Shown here: positions 46,444 to 56,254 of the stretch, piece by piece
How positions within the stretch are numbered: the stretch's first letter is position 1
How the letters are laid out: the number at the start of each line of letters is the position of its first letter
Assembly (NCBI GenBank): GCA_963817525.1
Contig: CAWFOU010000007.1
Coordinates: forward strand, 480,001-544,000
DNA length: 64,000 nucleotides
Direction of reading: 5' to 3'
From: an uncultured archaeon
Lineage (GTDB): Archaea; Thermoproteota; Nitrososphaeria; Nitrososphaerales; Gagatemarchaeaceae
Made by a program: the position numbers and the translations under genes
Notes under the pieces: model-generated
Databases searched by the model: none
What the model was told of the DNA's origin: nothing
What the model saw: only the letters and a program-made list of their open reading frames with translations

Positions 46444-46965
46444 CTAGGCCCAGGTGGGCTTGTAGGCTAGCAGCGTCTCGCTCGTCTTCACGCCTTGCAC
46501 GTCGGCGATCTTATTCACTGCGGAGAGGATCTCGTCGGTGTCCCTTCCGTAAACAGTGCATAGGACGTCGAATTCGCCCTGTACGACGAACGCGTTTCTG
46601 ACCTGCTCGATCTGCTGGATCGACTGTAGGACCTTCTGTGCCTGCTCGTTGACTTGCAACAGGACTAGCGCAAGAGAGTCGGCTGCCTGGACTGTCTTGG
46701 TGGTTGCAGAGCCGTCGACCGGGTTATAGGTTCTTGTCGCTGTGACCCCGCTCAAGGATCGGATCTGGGTTATGGTCTCGTACACGCGCCTCGAGTCCAT
46801 CGCCTTTAGCTCGACTGCGATGTCGAACCTTCCGATGGTCGGCGAGAAGTAGTTGATCCCCTGCATGCTGCTCAGGTGCTCGGTAACTTGGCCGAGCATC
46901 TTTGGGGTGATTGAGACGAAGATGGTTGTTGGATAGGTGGTCTGTGCGGTCATTGTAGTGGACAT
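46444..46965 (-). CDS. tandem Lrp/AsnC ligand-binding domain protein
   Basis: Two RAM units: TIGRFDIAV...GVTATRT and VQGEFDVLC...GVKTSET. Confidence 0.85.
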   Translation of the reverse strand: MSTTMTAQTTYPTTIFVSITPKMLGQVTEHLSSMQGINYFSPTIGRFDIAVELKAMDSRRVYETITQIRSLSGVTATRTYNPVDGSATTKTVQAADSLALVLLQVNEQAQKVLQSIQQIEQVRNAFVVQGEFDVLCTVYGRDTDEILSAVNKIADVQGVKTSETLLAYKPTWA

Positions 46966-47151
46966 ATCTATTTCAGAATCGCATTAGATATATCGACTAT
47001 ATAAAGGTATATAAGGAGAAAGTCGACTCTGGCCAACGGTCCGGGGATGTGAAGGGCTGTCCAACGGCGGGTGATGCCTTTATCCTTCGTCGATCGGGAA
47101 GTAAAGGTGGATGGAACTGCTTAAGAAATCCCTTGAGCAAAAGAAGTCGGA

Positions 47152-47400
47152 TTGAGACGCAAGGTAACTGTGATAGTCATAGTTATTTTGGCGCTTTTGT
47201 TCATGTATTTTCCTTTTGTAAGCATGTCCACTTATCTTGGACCCTGCCCGACCCATACATGCCGTCCGTCAGATTTCGAAGTGTCTCCCAGTTGCTACTT
47301 GCTGGCGATGGGCCCTAGCTGGTTGGTTGCCAACACGGCGTTTGGGGCATACTACTCGAATGGAGAGGCGGGCATCGGCTGCTCGCCCCTCATTGATTAG
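47152..47400 (+). CDS. small membrane/secreted protein with Cys residues
   Basis: RRK + hydrophobic segment, 4 Cys; AT-richer than flanks. Confidence 0.4.
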   Translation: MRRKVTVIVIVILALLFMYFPFVSMSTYLGPCPTHTCRPSDFEVSPSCYLLAMGPSWLVANTAFGAYYSNGEAGIGCSPLID

Positions 47401-47473
47401 CTGTCTCACCCGTCATTGGACACACTTGGAAATCACCCGCTGATTGGAGAGAGCCCGCCTCCGGCGCCACCAG

Positions 47474-47583
47474 GGTTAAATAGGCGGCCGCAGAGTCTGT
47501 TTTTGCAGGCAGTTCGGTTCGACGATTCGGAGCTTCTAGGTTCTGATTCTCTGACGGGATAATCCTGTAGAAGCAAAACAAAA
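47474..47583 (+). promoter_or_regulatory. TATA box plus structured 5' leader of the DEAD-box helicase
   Basis: GTTAAATAG ~47474; GCTTCTA (47532-38) pairs with TAGAAGC (47568-74); A-rich stretch before the TTG start. Confidence 0.45.
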
Positions 47584-48813
47584 TTGAGTACATTTGAAGA
47601 AATGAAGCTCGACCCCTTGATAATGAAGGGAGTCGAAAAGATGGGTTTCACAAAGCCCACCCCCATCCAGGAGAAGACGATCGGGCCTCTGATGCGAGGC
47701 AAGGACGTGATAGGACAGGCCAAGACGGGCTCGGGGAAGACCCTTGCCTTTTCGGTGCCCATGTTGCACTCCATAGACCCGAGAAACCGGCAGGTCCAGG
47801 CGCTCGTCCTGGCGCCCACGCGGGAGCTCGCGGTCCAGATAACCCACGAGGTGAGGAAGCTCGGCGCCCACACCGGCGTCAGAGCGGTGACGATCTACGG
47901 CGGCCAGTCGATAGGCATGCAGCGGGATGAGCTTAGGCGCGGGGCGCAGGTGGTCGTCGGCACCACTGGCAGGGTCATCGACCACATCAAGCGCGGGTGG
48001 CTCGACCTTCGCTCGGTCAGGTTCGTCGTCCTGGACGAGGCGGACACCATGCTCGACATGGGCTTCATCGAGGACGTCGACTACATCCTGGGCTGCATCC
48101 AGGGGAAGAGGCAGTTGTGCATCTTCTCCGCCACCATGCCCCAGAGGATTGCGGAGCTCTCGAGGAAGTACATGGTCGACCCCGAGAAGATCCTCGTGGA
48201 CTCGGACGAGCCCTCTGTCGAGACCCTCGACCAGTACTACGCCGTGGTCAGGCACGACGAGAAGCTCGAGTTCCTCACGGACCTCCTCCAGAAGGAGCGC
48301 CCGGTCAGCACGATAATCTTCCGAAGGACCAAGCACGGCGCTGACAAGCTCGCCACGGAGCTCCACAGGAAGGGGTACGAGGTCGTGCCCCTCCACGGGA
48401 ACCTCTCGCAGAACCAGAGGGACCACTACATGGACGCCTTTAGGAACGGGCGCGCAGACGTCCTAGTCGCGACGGACATCGCCAGCAGGGGCATCGACGT
48501 GTCCCAGGTGGCGTGCGTGGTGAACTACGACGTCCCCGTAGACCCGCTGGTCTATTTCCACCGGGTGGGCAGGACCGCGAGGGCAGGGAGAGCGGGGAAA
48601 GCCTACACTTTCGTCTCGAAGGAGGAGTCCGGCGACTTTGGGCGCATCCTCAGGCTGACAAAGGCCCCGATACTACCCATAAGGCCGGAGGACAAGCTGC
48701 ACACGTTCGTCCCAGGCACGTCAGTCCACAGTAGTGGAGGCGGGGGGTACGGCGGTCGAGGCCACCGCGGCCAAGGGAGCCGGAACCAGCACGGCTACCG
48801 GCGCTACCGCTGA
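47584..48813 (+). CDS. DEAD-box ATP-dependent RNA helicase (DeaD/CshA-like)
   Basis: PTPIQ, AKTGSGKT, PTRELA, LDEAD, SAT, YFHRVGRTARAG; Gly/Arg-rich tail. Confidence 0.95.
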   Translation: MSTFEEMKLDPLIMKGVEKMGFTKPTPIQEKTIGPLMRGKDVIGQAKTGSGKTLAFSVPMLHSIDPRNRQVQALVLAPTRELAVQITHEVRKLGAHTGVRAVTIYGGQSIGMQRDELRRGAQVVVGTTGRVIDHIKRGWLDLRSVRFVVLDEADTMLDMGFIEDVDYILGCIQGKRQLCIFSATMPQRIAELSRKYMVDPEKILVDSDEPSVETLDQYYAVVRHDEKLEFLTDLLQKERPVSTIIFRRTKHGADKLATELHRKGYEVVPLHGNLSQNQRDHYMDAFRNGRADVLVATDIASRGIDVSQVACVVNYDVPVDPLVYFHRVGRTARAGRAGKAYTFVSKEESGDFGRILRLTKAPILPIRPEDKLHTFVPGTSVHSSGGGGYGGRGHRGQGSRNQHGYRRYR

Positions 48814-48819
48814 GCTAGA

Positions 48820-48844
48820 ATTCGGGGTCCTTGGGACTCTGAAT
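48820..48844 (+). terminator. hairpin immediately after the DEAD-box gene
   Basis: ATTCGGGGTCC-TTG-GGACTCTGAAT (with G-U pairs). Confidence 0.4.
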
Positions 48845-48907
48845 ATAGAATAGTGGTCTGGACCAGAAAACCGTGGGCGTTTTTATAACAACGATAGAGT
48901 CTTTTTC

Positions 48908-49534
48908 GTGAATTTGTCCGCCGTGGGCTCGGACCCGTTGGAGTCTCGGATGCTCGATTCGATAAAGGCGACCCTCACCAGGGTGCTGGGCACGGAGAGC
49001 GCCCGGGCGGTGGAGTTCTACGTTGACAATCACCTGGCCCTGCAAGACCCGGCGGCCTTCGAGCAGGCCCTCGCCGACTTTTTGGGGTCGCAGGCGGGGG
49101 GCCTCCTCATCGAGGCGATAAAGGCCGACCTGCGGAAGGAGGGCGTAAAGTCCAAGGTGCCCGAGCCTGTCTCCAAGTTCCTGTCCCACGAGGTCACCAT
49201 CGCCAACCGGCCGCCCGTGGCCCCTGTAGACAGGCGGCCGTCCAAGCTTCCCCCAGCCGGCGCTCACTTTGAGCGCTTCGTCGAGGCGACCACGCTAGCG
49301 ATGGAGGCGGGGATCACCTTCAAGGACCTTGTCATGGAGGGCCTGGTGTCGAGGCAGGGCGAGACCTGCGGGTACGCCACAATCGCGTGCCTTGGCAGGA
49401 AGGCCCTGGAGGACCCCGCCGCCTTCGCCCAGAGGGTCGCGACGGTCTTTGGTCTGCAAGCCATGACGATGCTGAACAGCCTGACCTCCTACTGCGAAAC
49501 GAGGGCCAAGGCGCGTCAACTTACCGCGTCCTGA
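48908..49534 (+). CDS. hypothetical protein with a duplicated helical module
   Basis: ALQDPAAFEQALADFLG and ALEDPAAFAQRVATVFG. Confidence 0.6.
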   Translation: MNLSAVGSDPLESRMLDSIKATLTRVLGTESARAVEFYVDNHLALQDPAAFEQALADFLGSQAGGLLIEAIKADLRKEGVKSKVPEPVSKFLSHEVTIANRPPVAPVDRRPSKLPPAGAHFERFVEATTLAMEAGITFKDLVMEGLVSRQGETCGYATIACLGRKALEDPAAFAQRVATVFGLQAMTMLNSLTSYCETRAKARQLTAS

Positions 49535-49621
49535 ATGGACAGGGCGCCGAGGACGCGAGCTTCCGCGTACTGAAAGGTTCAGGTGCCAATCCTTATACTC
49601 CGAGTTCGACCAAAACGAGTC

Positions 49622-50983
49622 GTGCCGGTGACGATCACCTGCTACGGCGGGGTGGGCGAGATCGGGGGTAACAAGATCCTCATCTCGGACAGGGACACGA
49701 GGGTCTTCCTCGACTTTGGTGCCGGGTTCTCGGAGGGGACCGATTTCTTCTCGGGAGGGATCGAGCCGAGGGGGGTGAACGGCGCGGGGGACTATTTCGA
49801 GTTCGGGCTCCTGCCGGAGATAAAGGGGTTGTACTCAGAGCAGGCGCTCCAGAACACGGACCTGAAGCACACCAAGACCCCCGAGATCGACGCGATCATC
49901 CTCAGCCACTACCACTATGACCACTTTGGGAGGATAAGGTTCACGGACCCGAAGATCCCGATATACTGTGGCGAGACCACCGCCCTGATACACCAGGCGT
50001 ATAGCGAGTCGAGCGGCTCACCGCTGGACGGCCACAAGATCGAGACCTTCAGGACGGGCGACAGGTTCAAGGTAGGGAGCCTGGAGGTGCAGCCTATCCA
50101 CGTGGACCACTCCATCCCTGGGGCATACGGGTTCGTGATCCACACCTCGGAGGGCGCGCTGGCCTACACGGGGGACTTTAGATTCCACGGGCCTGCGGGG
50201 AGGATGACGGAGGATTTCATCGCGGGCGCGGCGAAGGAGAAGCCAGTGGCTCTTGTCAGCGAGGGGACGCGGGTGTCGGACTCCGGGCCGGGGAAGGAAT
50301 CCACCGAGGAGGACGTGTTCGTGGCCATGCAAGAGCTGCTGAAGGGGGCCGGGCACCTGGTCTTCTCGTCCTTCCGGGGAAACGACGTCGACAGGATAGT
50401 CTCGTTCGACAGGGCCTGCAAGACGGCCGGCAGGACTCTGGTCGTGCCCCCGAAGATAGCGATCCTGCTAGATAAGCTCAGGGACGACAAGAACCTGAAG
50501 GTGCCCAGGGTCGGCAAGGACGTCAGCGTCTACCTCAGGCGAAAGAAGGGAGGGACCTACGACGACAAGGACTACTTCCCGTGGGAGAGGGACTTCCTCG
50601 ACCGCGGGGTCACGGCCGAGCAGGTGAGGAAGAAGGAGAAGGAGTGGCTCCTCCACCTCGACCAGTGGTACCTGCCCGAGCTGATCGACATAAAGCCGAC
50701 CAAGGGCGGCTCTTACGTCCACGCGACTACGGAGGCGTACAACGAGGAGGGGGAGGAGGAAGAGCAGGTAATCAAGAACTGGGTGGATTATTTCGGCTTT
50801 AGCTACCACCAGATACATGCGTCGGGGCACGCGCCCATGGACAAGGTCAGCCACCTAGTCAATGGAGTGCATGCCAAGAACGTCATCCCTGTCCACACAG
50901 AAAGGCCAGAGCTCTTCAAGTCCTTTGCCAAGGGAAGCCAGGTGCTGATTCCCGCCCTCGCTCAAGGTCTTGAGTTGAAGTGA
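49622..50983 (+). CDS. MBL-fold beta-CASP nuclease (RNase J-like)
   Basis: GGVGEIGGN, SHYHYDH, VDHSIPGA, YTGDFR, HASGH, PVHTE. Confidence 0.9.
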   Translation: MPVTITCYGGVGEIGGNKILISDRDTRVFLDFGAGFSEGTDFFSGGIEPRGVNGAGDYFEFGLLPEIKGLYSEQALQNTDLKHTKTPEIDAIILSHYHYDHFGRIRFTDPKIPIYCGETTALIHQAYSESSGSPLDGHKIETFRTGDRFKVGSLEVQPIHVDHSIPGAYGFVIHTSEGALAYTGDFRFHGPAGRMTEDFIAGAAKEKPVALVSEGTRVSDSGPGKESTEEDVFVAMQELLKGAGHLVFSSFRGNDVDRIVSFDRACKTAGRTLVVPPKIAILLDKLRDDKNLKVPRVGKDVSVYLRRKKGGTYDDKDYFPWERDFLDRGVTAEQVRKKEKEWLLHLDQWYLPELIDIKPTKGGSYVHATTEAYNEEGEEEEQVIKNWVDYFGFSYHQIHASGHAPMDKVSHLVNGVHAKNVIPVHTERPELFKSFAKGSQVLIPALAQGLELK

Positions 50984-51212
50984 CCCACGGACAAGCGGTT
51001 CTGCGAGGCGAAGACCAAAGAGCGCCAGGTCACCGCGTCGTGACAGGACAGGACGCACGACCTATCGAGTCCAACTCCCACGGGCGGCCTGCTTCGCGAC
51101 TTTCGCGATATCAAGACTTGAGCGTGGTAGTAGCGGGCGAAGGCGACCCTAGCGAGAGACTTCGCGCTTCTGCCGTGGAGACATCGTTCAGAGTGCAGAA
51201 GTGATCTGTATG

Positions 51213-52445
51213 CTAAGACGGAGTGTGTTTTCCGCAGTAGTTCTTCTTCAGAAGGAGACCCTTCGTCACGATATGGTCAACACAGAAGCTCTTTCCACAG
51301 GTAACACAGACAGCGCTGTGGTCTTCGCACGCAAGGCCTCCACATTCCACGCACAATTGAGCGCCACCCTCGCTCTTATGTTGGCCGTCCACATTGCAGT
51401 AGATGAAGTCGTCGGAGACCATGTGGTTGGTCGCAACTTGTAATTTGCGCCCATAGGTTCTGTCCTTGTACCTGAAGGTCGCCGTCACCAAAGGTAGGTT
51501 TGCCTGCTTGACTGAGACTATCCGCACATGCGAGATGGACGGCCTCAATGTCATCGATCTGAATGTGCCGTTCTTCAGCGTGCGCGTAAACTCTTGACAG
51601 AGGTTCCTTGCGATTTCTATCCTTGCTATCTTCTCTGCTTCATACTGGCTGACTTTCACTGGAATGGCCTCGAGTTTGTTGAATTGCGTTCCCTCGGCGA
51701 TTGTCGACCTTGGAGTCTCAACAGCTTCGATTTCTCGGCAGTCGGCAAAATAACCTCTCATCGGCAAATTCGGTCGGACGCCTGATTCTACTTCCACGTC
51801 GACCACCTGTCCTTTCTGGCCTTCGATCACAAGCACGCCTTTGCTGGAGAAGTTCACCCTTTGGTAGAGGAAACTGCCTTCAGTGAAACAGTCATACTCC
51901 ACGAAGAAGCAAGGCATGTATTCCAAATTTAGTCCTGAAAGCTCAATCTGACTCGAAACCCCATTCCTGATTGTCTGTTTGAGGCCTGGTAAGATGGGGA
52001 GGGCATAGACAGTTTTCTCTCCGACCGGCCCTTTTGCGAGGTCCCTGCCAAGCACCTTCCTAAATTCCGCCTTGAAGGCCCCATCGAGGTCGTTAAGATT
52101 CCAAGGGTATAATGAAATGAGTTTGATTCCATTCTTGCGGTATTGCTCTGTCTTCCATTCCTTATCCTGACGGTACTTGTTCCTGTCCTGCCAATCGCCC
52201 ACGTCGATTAGACCCCAATACTCGACGTGAACTCCGTAGTCGGGGAGATGGAAGTCTGGCCTGCTGATTTCAGTTCTGAATGCTGATTGGGTAGTCTTCG
52301 CTCGGTCTTCGTAGACGTATCTTATGTTATTTTCATTGAAATAGTCAGCTATCTGCTTCTCCGCTCGACTCTTCACAATCTCGCCTCGCACTGTTTTGCT
52401 TTGCTCTCCGTACTGCCTGCCAGGATATGAGCGAGGGGTACTCAA
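51213..52445 (-). CDS. PD-(D/E)xK-like nuclease domain protein with C-terminal Cys/His zinc fingers
   Basis: VKSRAEKQIADYF...RPDFHLPDYGVHVEYWG; CVECGGLACEDH..VCVTCGKSFCVDH. Confidence 0.75.
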   Translation of the reverse strand: MSTPRSYPGRQYGEQSKTVRGEIVKSRAEKQIADYFNENNIRYVYEDRAKTTQSAFRTEISRPDFHLPDYGVHVEYWGLIDVGDWQDRNKYRQDKEWKTEQYRKNGIKLISLYPWNLNDLDGAFKAEFRKVLGRDLAKGPVGEKTVYALPILPGLKQTIRNGVSSQIELSGLNLEYMPCFFVEYDCFTEGSFLYQRVNFSSKGVLVIEGQKGQVVDVEVESGVRPNLPMRGYFADCREIEAVETPRSTIAEGTQFNKLEAIPVKVSQYEAEKIARIEIARNLCQEFTRTLKNGTFRSMTLRPSISHVRIVSVKQANLPLVTATFRYKDRTYGRKLQVATNHMVSDDFIYCNVDGQHKSEGGAQLCVECGGLACEDHSAVCVTCGKSFCVDHIVTKGLLLKKNYCGKHTPS

Positions 52446-52545
52446 TGAACGAAATCTGCAATTCTCGCATATTTATCCGATATTGACTTGGAATCCGGTC
52501 CGATTTCTGGACTTTCCAGGGAGCAAATTATTCCGTTGGCCTAAA

Positions 52546-53540
52546 TCAGGCCATAAACCCGAACTCGTTTGCAACTCCGTCCACCCACTTCTTGTCGACG
52601 TCTGAGACGACCACATGTCTGCCCATCCTCATCGCTTCCTTCGCCCATTTCGCCACGCCGCAGAAAAAGTCGGCTACGACGTCGCCCGCCCCTGCTGTAG
52701 GCCTTGATAATCTGGAGGAATTCGACTGGATCCTTCACGGCCTCGTGCTTCACGAACCCCGGCTTGGCAGGATTCCTGACCCTCTTCGCATCGATCACGT
52801 TCGTCGCGCCCAGGTCCCATCGGACCCCGTTCCGCTCCCCGGCGTGGAAGACCAGCCACTTCGCCCCCAGATCCCGGCCCGCGTCGTAGCCCATCCCTAA
52901 CACGTCGAGAGCGACGAGTATCTCGCCTTAGTAGACGAATCCGAGAGACTCCGCCAAGGCGATCATAGACTGGATGCTCGGCCTGGTAGTCTTGTTCTCG
53001 AGCGGGACCCTGATGATGCAGGCCGCGCCGCCCCTCGGCCAGTCGCCGCTCCTCCTCCGCTCGAGGTTGAGGGTGTTCCATTGCTTGTTCTTCTTGAGGA
53101 TTCTGAATGCTTCTCTGAAGAAGTCGGCGTCCAGCTCGGGCTGGTGGTATGTCCTTCCCCCCCAGGAGCCTGTGCGGCCTCGTGGTGCCGGTGCCTGCCC
53201 ACTCCCGGCCGAACTTGCCTGGAACGTCAGAGAGGAGAAGGTCGAGCGAGTCGTCGTCCAGCTTCTTCATGATGTCCCAAGCGTTGCCCTCGACGAGGAG
53301 TATCTGGGCCTCACCTGAACGCGCGAAGTATACCCCCTCCTCGACCCGGACTATCGTGCCCTCCTTCACGGCCTCGTGGAGTCTAGCCCTTACGGAGTGT
53401 TCCGGGACCTCAGGCTTCCAGCTGTGAACGAAATCGTAGATTGAGCGAAGCGGTTCGGGCTGCTCTGAGCAGGCGTTGATAGCGAGCTGCTTCGTTGTCA
53501 GAGCCTGCCCAAGCCTGTCAGATGCTCGTGGCGGATTCAT
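52546..53540 (-). pseudogene. beta-class N4/N6 DNA methyltransferase with N-terminal wHTH, disrupted
   Basis: EGNAW...DDSLDLLLSDVPG (motif IV region), HEAVKDP, GDVVADFFCG (motif I); frameshifts ~53160 and ~52690, in-frame TAA ~52928. Confidence 0.7.
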
Positions 53541-53594
53541 ATTATGTCGGATCGGTATGGATCACTGACTGAGCTGATATAAGCGCCCATCTGC

Positions 53595-54368
53595 TTACAA
53601 GGACTGGGAGTCCACATAACGATACTCTCCTGACTCTAAGAACTCGATGAAACCCAAGTCGCGCAGGAATTGGAGCTGTTGCCTGATTTTTGGTCTCACG
53701 TTGTGGTTGTCAGGGTGCTTTGCTGCAAGCTCGCTCTCGAAGTCGTAGATATTCGCGAGGGTGAAGTTTGTGAAGCACCTTTCAACGCATCTCAGGACGT
53801 CTGCCAGCCATCCTCTCGTCTCTGGCCTCGACTTGAGAAGGGAATCCGTCTGCTTCCACTGCGCGAGTACCTGTGATTTCTCCCGGACCTGTCCCCCGCG
53901 GACCACCGCAATCTGTCCCTGAGCGGGAATCTCTCTTAGCGTGATCGTGTAGCCTTGCCAGCCCGCGCGCCTGGCGGTGGAGGAGAGCGGTATCCGGGGT
54001 GCGATGCAACTGGTTGTGATGCAGGCCCTGTGCACGAGGGAGAGGTCCTGCACAGCCCACTTGGCGCGGTCGTAGTGAAGCAGAATCAGCGAGGGGAACG
54101 CGTCTTTCAAGATGCTCTCTCGCGTCGTCTCGTATTCCCCGCCGAGTATCGATGTCGAGAAGATGCGGCTCGCAGACTTGAGCTGGAACTTCTCCCTGCA
54201 TTCGGCCGAGTAAAAATCGTAGATCTTGGTGTTGGGAGGGTAGGTAATCAGGTCGGTGCCGCAGGCGGCGCAGTAGAAGTTGTCGGCGGCCCAGCGCTCG
54301 GTGGATACCCGCGCCATCTGAGAAGCACTCTTGAGCCCAGCGGGGGGTGTTGGAAGTGCGAGGTCCAT
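53595..54368 (-). CDS. DpnI-like (Dam-replacing protein family) restriction endonuclease
   Basis: SQMARVSTERW...YCAACG, DFY, FQLKS, STARRAGWQG, C-terminal winged helix HPDNHNVRPKIRQQLQFLRDLG. Confidence 0.9.
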   Translation of the reverse strand: MDLALPTPPAGLKSASQMARVSTERWAADNFYCAACGTDLITYPPNTKIYDFYSAECREKFQLKSASRIFSTSILGGEYETTRESILKDAFPSLILLHYDRAKWAVQDLSLVHRACITTSCIAPRIPLSSTARRAGWQGYTITLREIPAQGQIAVVRGGQVREKSQVLAQWKQTDSLLKSRPETRGWLADVLRCVERCFTNFTLANIYDFESELAAKHPDNHNVRPKIRQQLQFLRDLGFIEFLESGEYRYVDSQSL

Positions 54369-54373
54369 TGCAA

Positions 54374-54910
54374 TCAGTCTAGTGAAGGGGAAGTGATAGC
54401 GCTCAACAAATCACCGATGTTGTACCTTTTTTCTTTGAGTTCTAATCCAGCAATCTTCTTCAGACTCTTGATTGTTATCTTCACAGGACCGCTGAATCGG
54501 GCCTCTCGGTGAGGAAGCACGTAAAGCGCGAAATTCCTACCGCCTTTCCTGAGCAACTCTTCGAAATCAAACCACATCAGGTAATCGGCGTTGATATCCT
54601 TCTCGCCGAAATACTCGAATCCCTTTGTAGTGCCTTTGACTTCGATTCGTACTTCGGTCTGACCGTGCGACCCTATAATGTCTGCTTCGTTGCCTCCGAA
54701 GCGGAAGTCATACCCCTTCACTTCCGTGATGAGACCGCCTCGAAGGAGATGAATCGCTAGAGACTCGGTAAGTTTCGGCGGAAGCTTTGGATACTGGATG
54801 TCAGCCGCAAGTGGGTTGCTCTTCTTCAGATTAGTAATGTAGTTGAAAACGTCATTTAGTAGCAATACAAATTGGTTAATCTCGCGGGGAGAAAGGAGCT
54901 GTCTCGCCAA
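54374..54910 (-). CDS. putative PD-(D/E)xK restriction endonuclease
   Basis: TES...EADI...IEVKGT catalytic-like motif; operonic with DpnI. Confidence 0.6.
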   Translation of the reverse strand: MARQLLSPREINQFVLLLNDVFNYITNLKKSNPLAADIQYPKLPPKLTESLAIHLLRGGLITEVKGYDFRFGGNEADIIGSHGQTEVRIEVKGTTKGFEYFGEKDINADYLMWFDFEELLRKGGRNFALYVLPHREARFSGPVKITIKSLKKIAGLELKEKRYNIGDLLSAITSPSLD

Positions 54911-54913
54911 GGG

Positions 54914-55186
54914 TTAGACCTTGGCCCCCGAAATTTCTTTGACTTTGGAAGAGACCAGTCGACCTTGCTTCGAGGCAACGAATAATTTTCCTGATCTTTG
55001 CTTTGGAGTTAGGGACTCGACGAGTTTCCTGGCGAGAAGTTCGCGTAATGCTCTACTGATATTTGGTATGCTGGTATGGAGGTCCGTCGCGAGAAGGGTA
55101 GGAGTACTAGGGGCGTCTAACTTGGCGAGGACCGCTTTCCTAGTCTTGCTGCGCAGGACGTAGCTTACGTCCTCCCACGACATCAC
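54914..55186 (-). CDS. ArsR-like winged-HTH regulator
   Basis: SYVLRSKTRKAVL..L..PSTPTLLA...NISRALREL..KLVE. Confidence 0.8.
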   Translation of the reverse strand: MMSWEDVSYVLRSKTRKAVLAKLDAPSTPTLLATDLHTSIPNISRALRELLARKLVESLTPKQRSGKLFVASKQGRLVSSKVKEISGAKV

Positions 55187-55197
55187 GCGAGCGACAG

Positions 55198-55262
55198 TTA
55201 ACAGATCATATTGATCTAGTTATCAGATGATTAACAAAGAATTAACAGAATATCCTCTAAAT
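55198..55262. promoter_or_regulatory. divergent promoter/operator with a palindrome and phased repeats
   Basis: AGATCA-TAT-TGATCT palindrome; TTA(A/T)CA(G/A)A at 55198, 55220, 55231, 55242. Confidence 0.6.
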
Positions 55263-55285
55263 CTTGGAATTTTTTCCCATTTCGG

Positions 55286-55981
55286 TTGATGGTCAAGGCA
55301 GGAGATGTAATCTCGTATCTTCAAATGTGCGCTGAAGAGAATACGAGCTTTCGGAGAGGTATGAATTTTGGTCGGAAAGGAAGGCCAAGTGTGATTCTAA
55401 TGAGTACTAGACCAGGTGCTCCATACAAGGACCGAGTGGAGGAGAACGGAAGAGTTCTGATCTACGAGGGACATGACAATCCCGTGCCCGGCAACGGAAG
55501 AAAGCCAAAGGAGGTGGACCAAGAGTCGAGAACGCCTGAAGGAGGTCTTACCCAAAACGGTCTATTCTATGAAGCTGCTCAGAGTTACAAAGATGGAAGT
55601 TCAGCTTCTGAGATAGTCAAAGTGTACGAGAAAATTCGAACCGGAATATGGGTATACAACGGTCTATTCAGGTTGCTTGACGCTTCCACAGTGGTCATTG
55701 AAGGAAGACAGGTGTTCAAGTTTCGTTTGGAATTGGTAGGGAATGTAGAAACAATTGATTCAGGAAGAAAGGAACTGGAAGATACCAGAATTATTCCGTC
55801 TCCCGTAAAGTTGGAAGTTTGGAAGAGGGACGGCGGAAAGTGCGTCAAGTGTGGCTCCAAGAATAACCTTCATTTTGATCACATAATTCCATATTCATTA
55901 GGCGGCACTTCGCTTTATGCCAAGAACATTCAGCTGCTTTGTATCAGACACAACTTGGAGAAGCACGACAAGATAGAATAG
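55286..55981 (+). CDS. SRA-like + HNH endonuclease (type IV restriction candidate)
   Basis: SVILMS...YKD...LIYEG...DQ...VKVYE...WVYNGLF...FKFRL (SRA-like); RDGGKCVKCG...FDHIIP.S.GG...NIQLLC..HN. Confidence 0.8.
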   Translation: MMVKAGDVISYLQMCAEENTSFRRGMNFGRKGRPSVILMSTRPGAPYKDRVEENGRVLIYEGHDNPVPGNGRKPKEVDQESRTPEGGLTQNGLFYEAAQSYKDGSSASEIVKVYEKIRTGIWVYNGLFRLLDASTVVIEGRQVFKFRLELVGNVETIDSGRKELEDTRIIPSPVKLEVWKRDGGKCVKCGSKNNLHFDHIIPYSLGGTSLYAKNIQLLCIRHNLEKHDKIE

Positions 55982-56060
55982 GGAAGATCTGAATTTGCCG
56001 GGTTTCATCTTGCTTCCGCCGGGGCATTCCATTAACACGTTGAGCGATAGGTAGTAGAGT

Positions 56061-56174
56061 AAGACGGTGATAGTCCAAAAGGAAGTCGTTAAGGTTGCCT
56101 GCAAGTATTGTGGAGTTCTCAACGAAATTGCCACAGCGAGGACCTGTATGAGCTACGGTGCGGCGCTGAAGTAG
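56061..56174 (+). pseudogene. C-terminal zinc-ribbon gene remnant
   Basis: KEVVKVACKYCGVLNE...TCMSYGAAL without a convincing upstream gene. Confidence 0.4.
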
Positions 56175-56254
56175 ATGGGAGTCGACTCAGAAATCCTGCC
56201 GGAGAGAACTACAGATTCACAACCATGATAAGCCAGTAAAGGCGATAAATCGTA

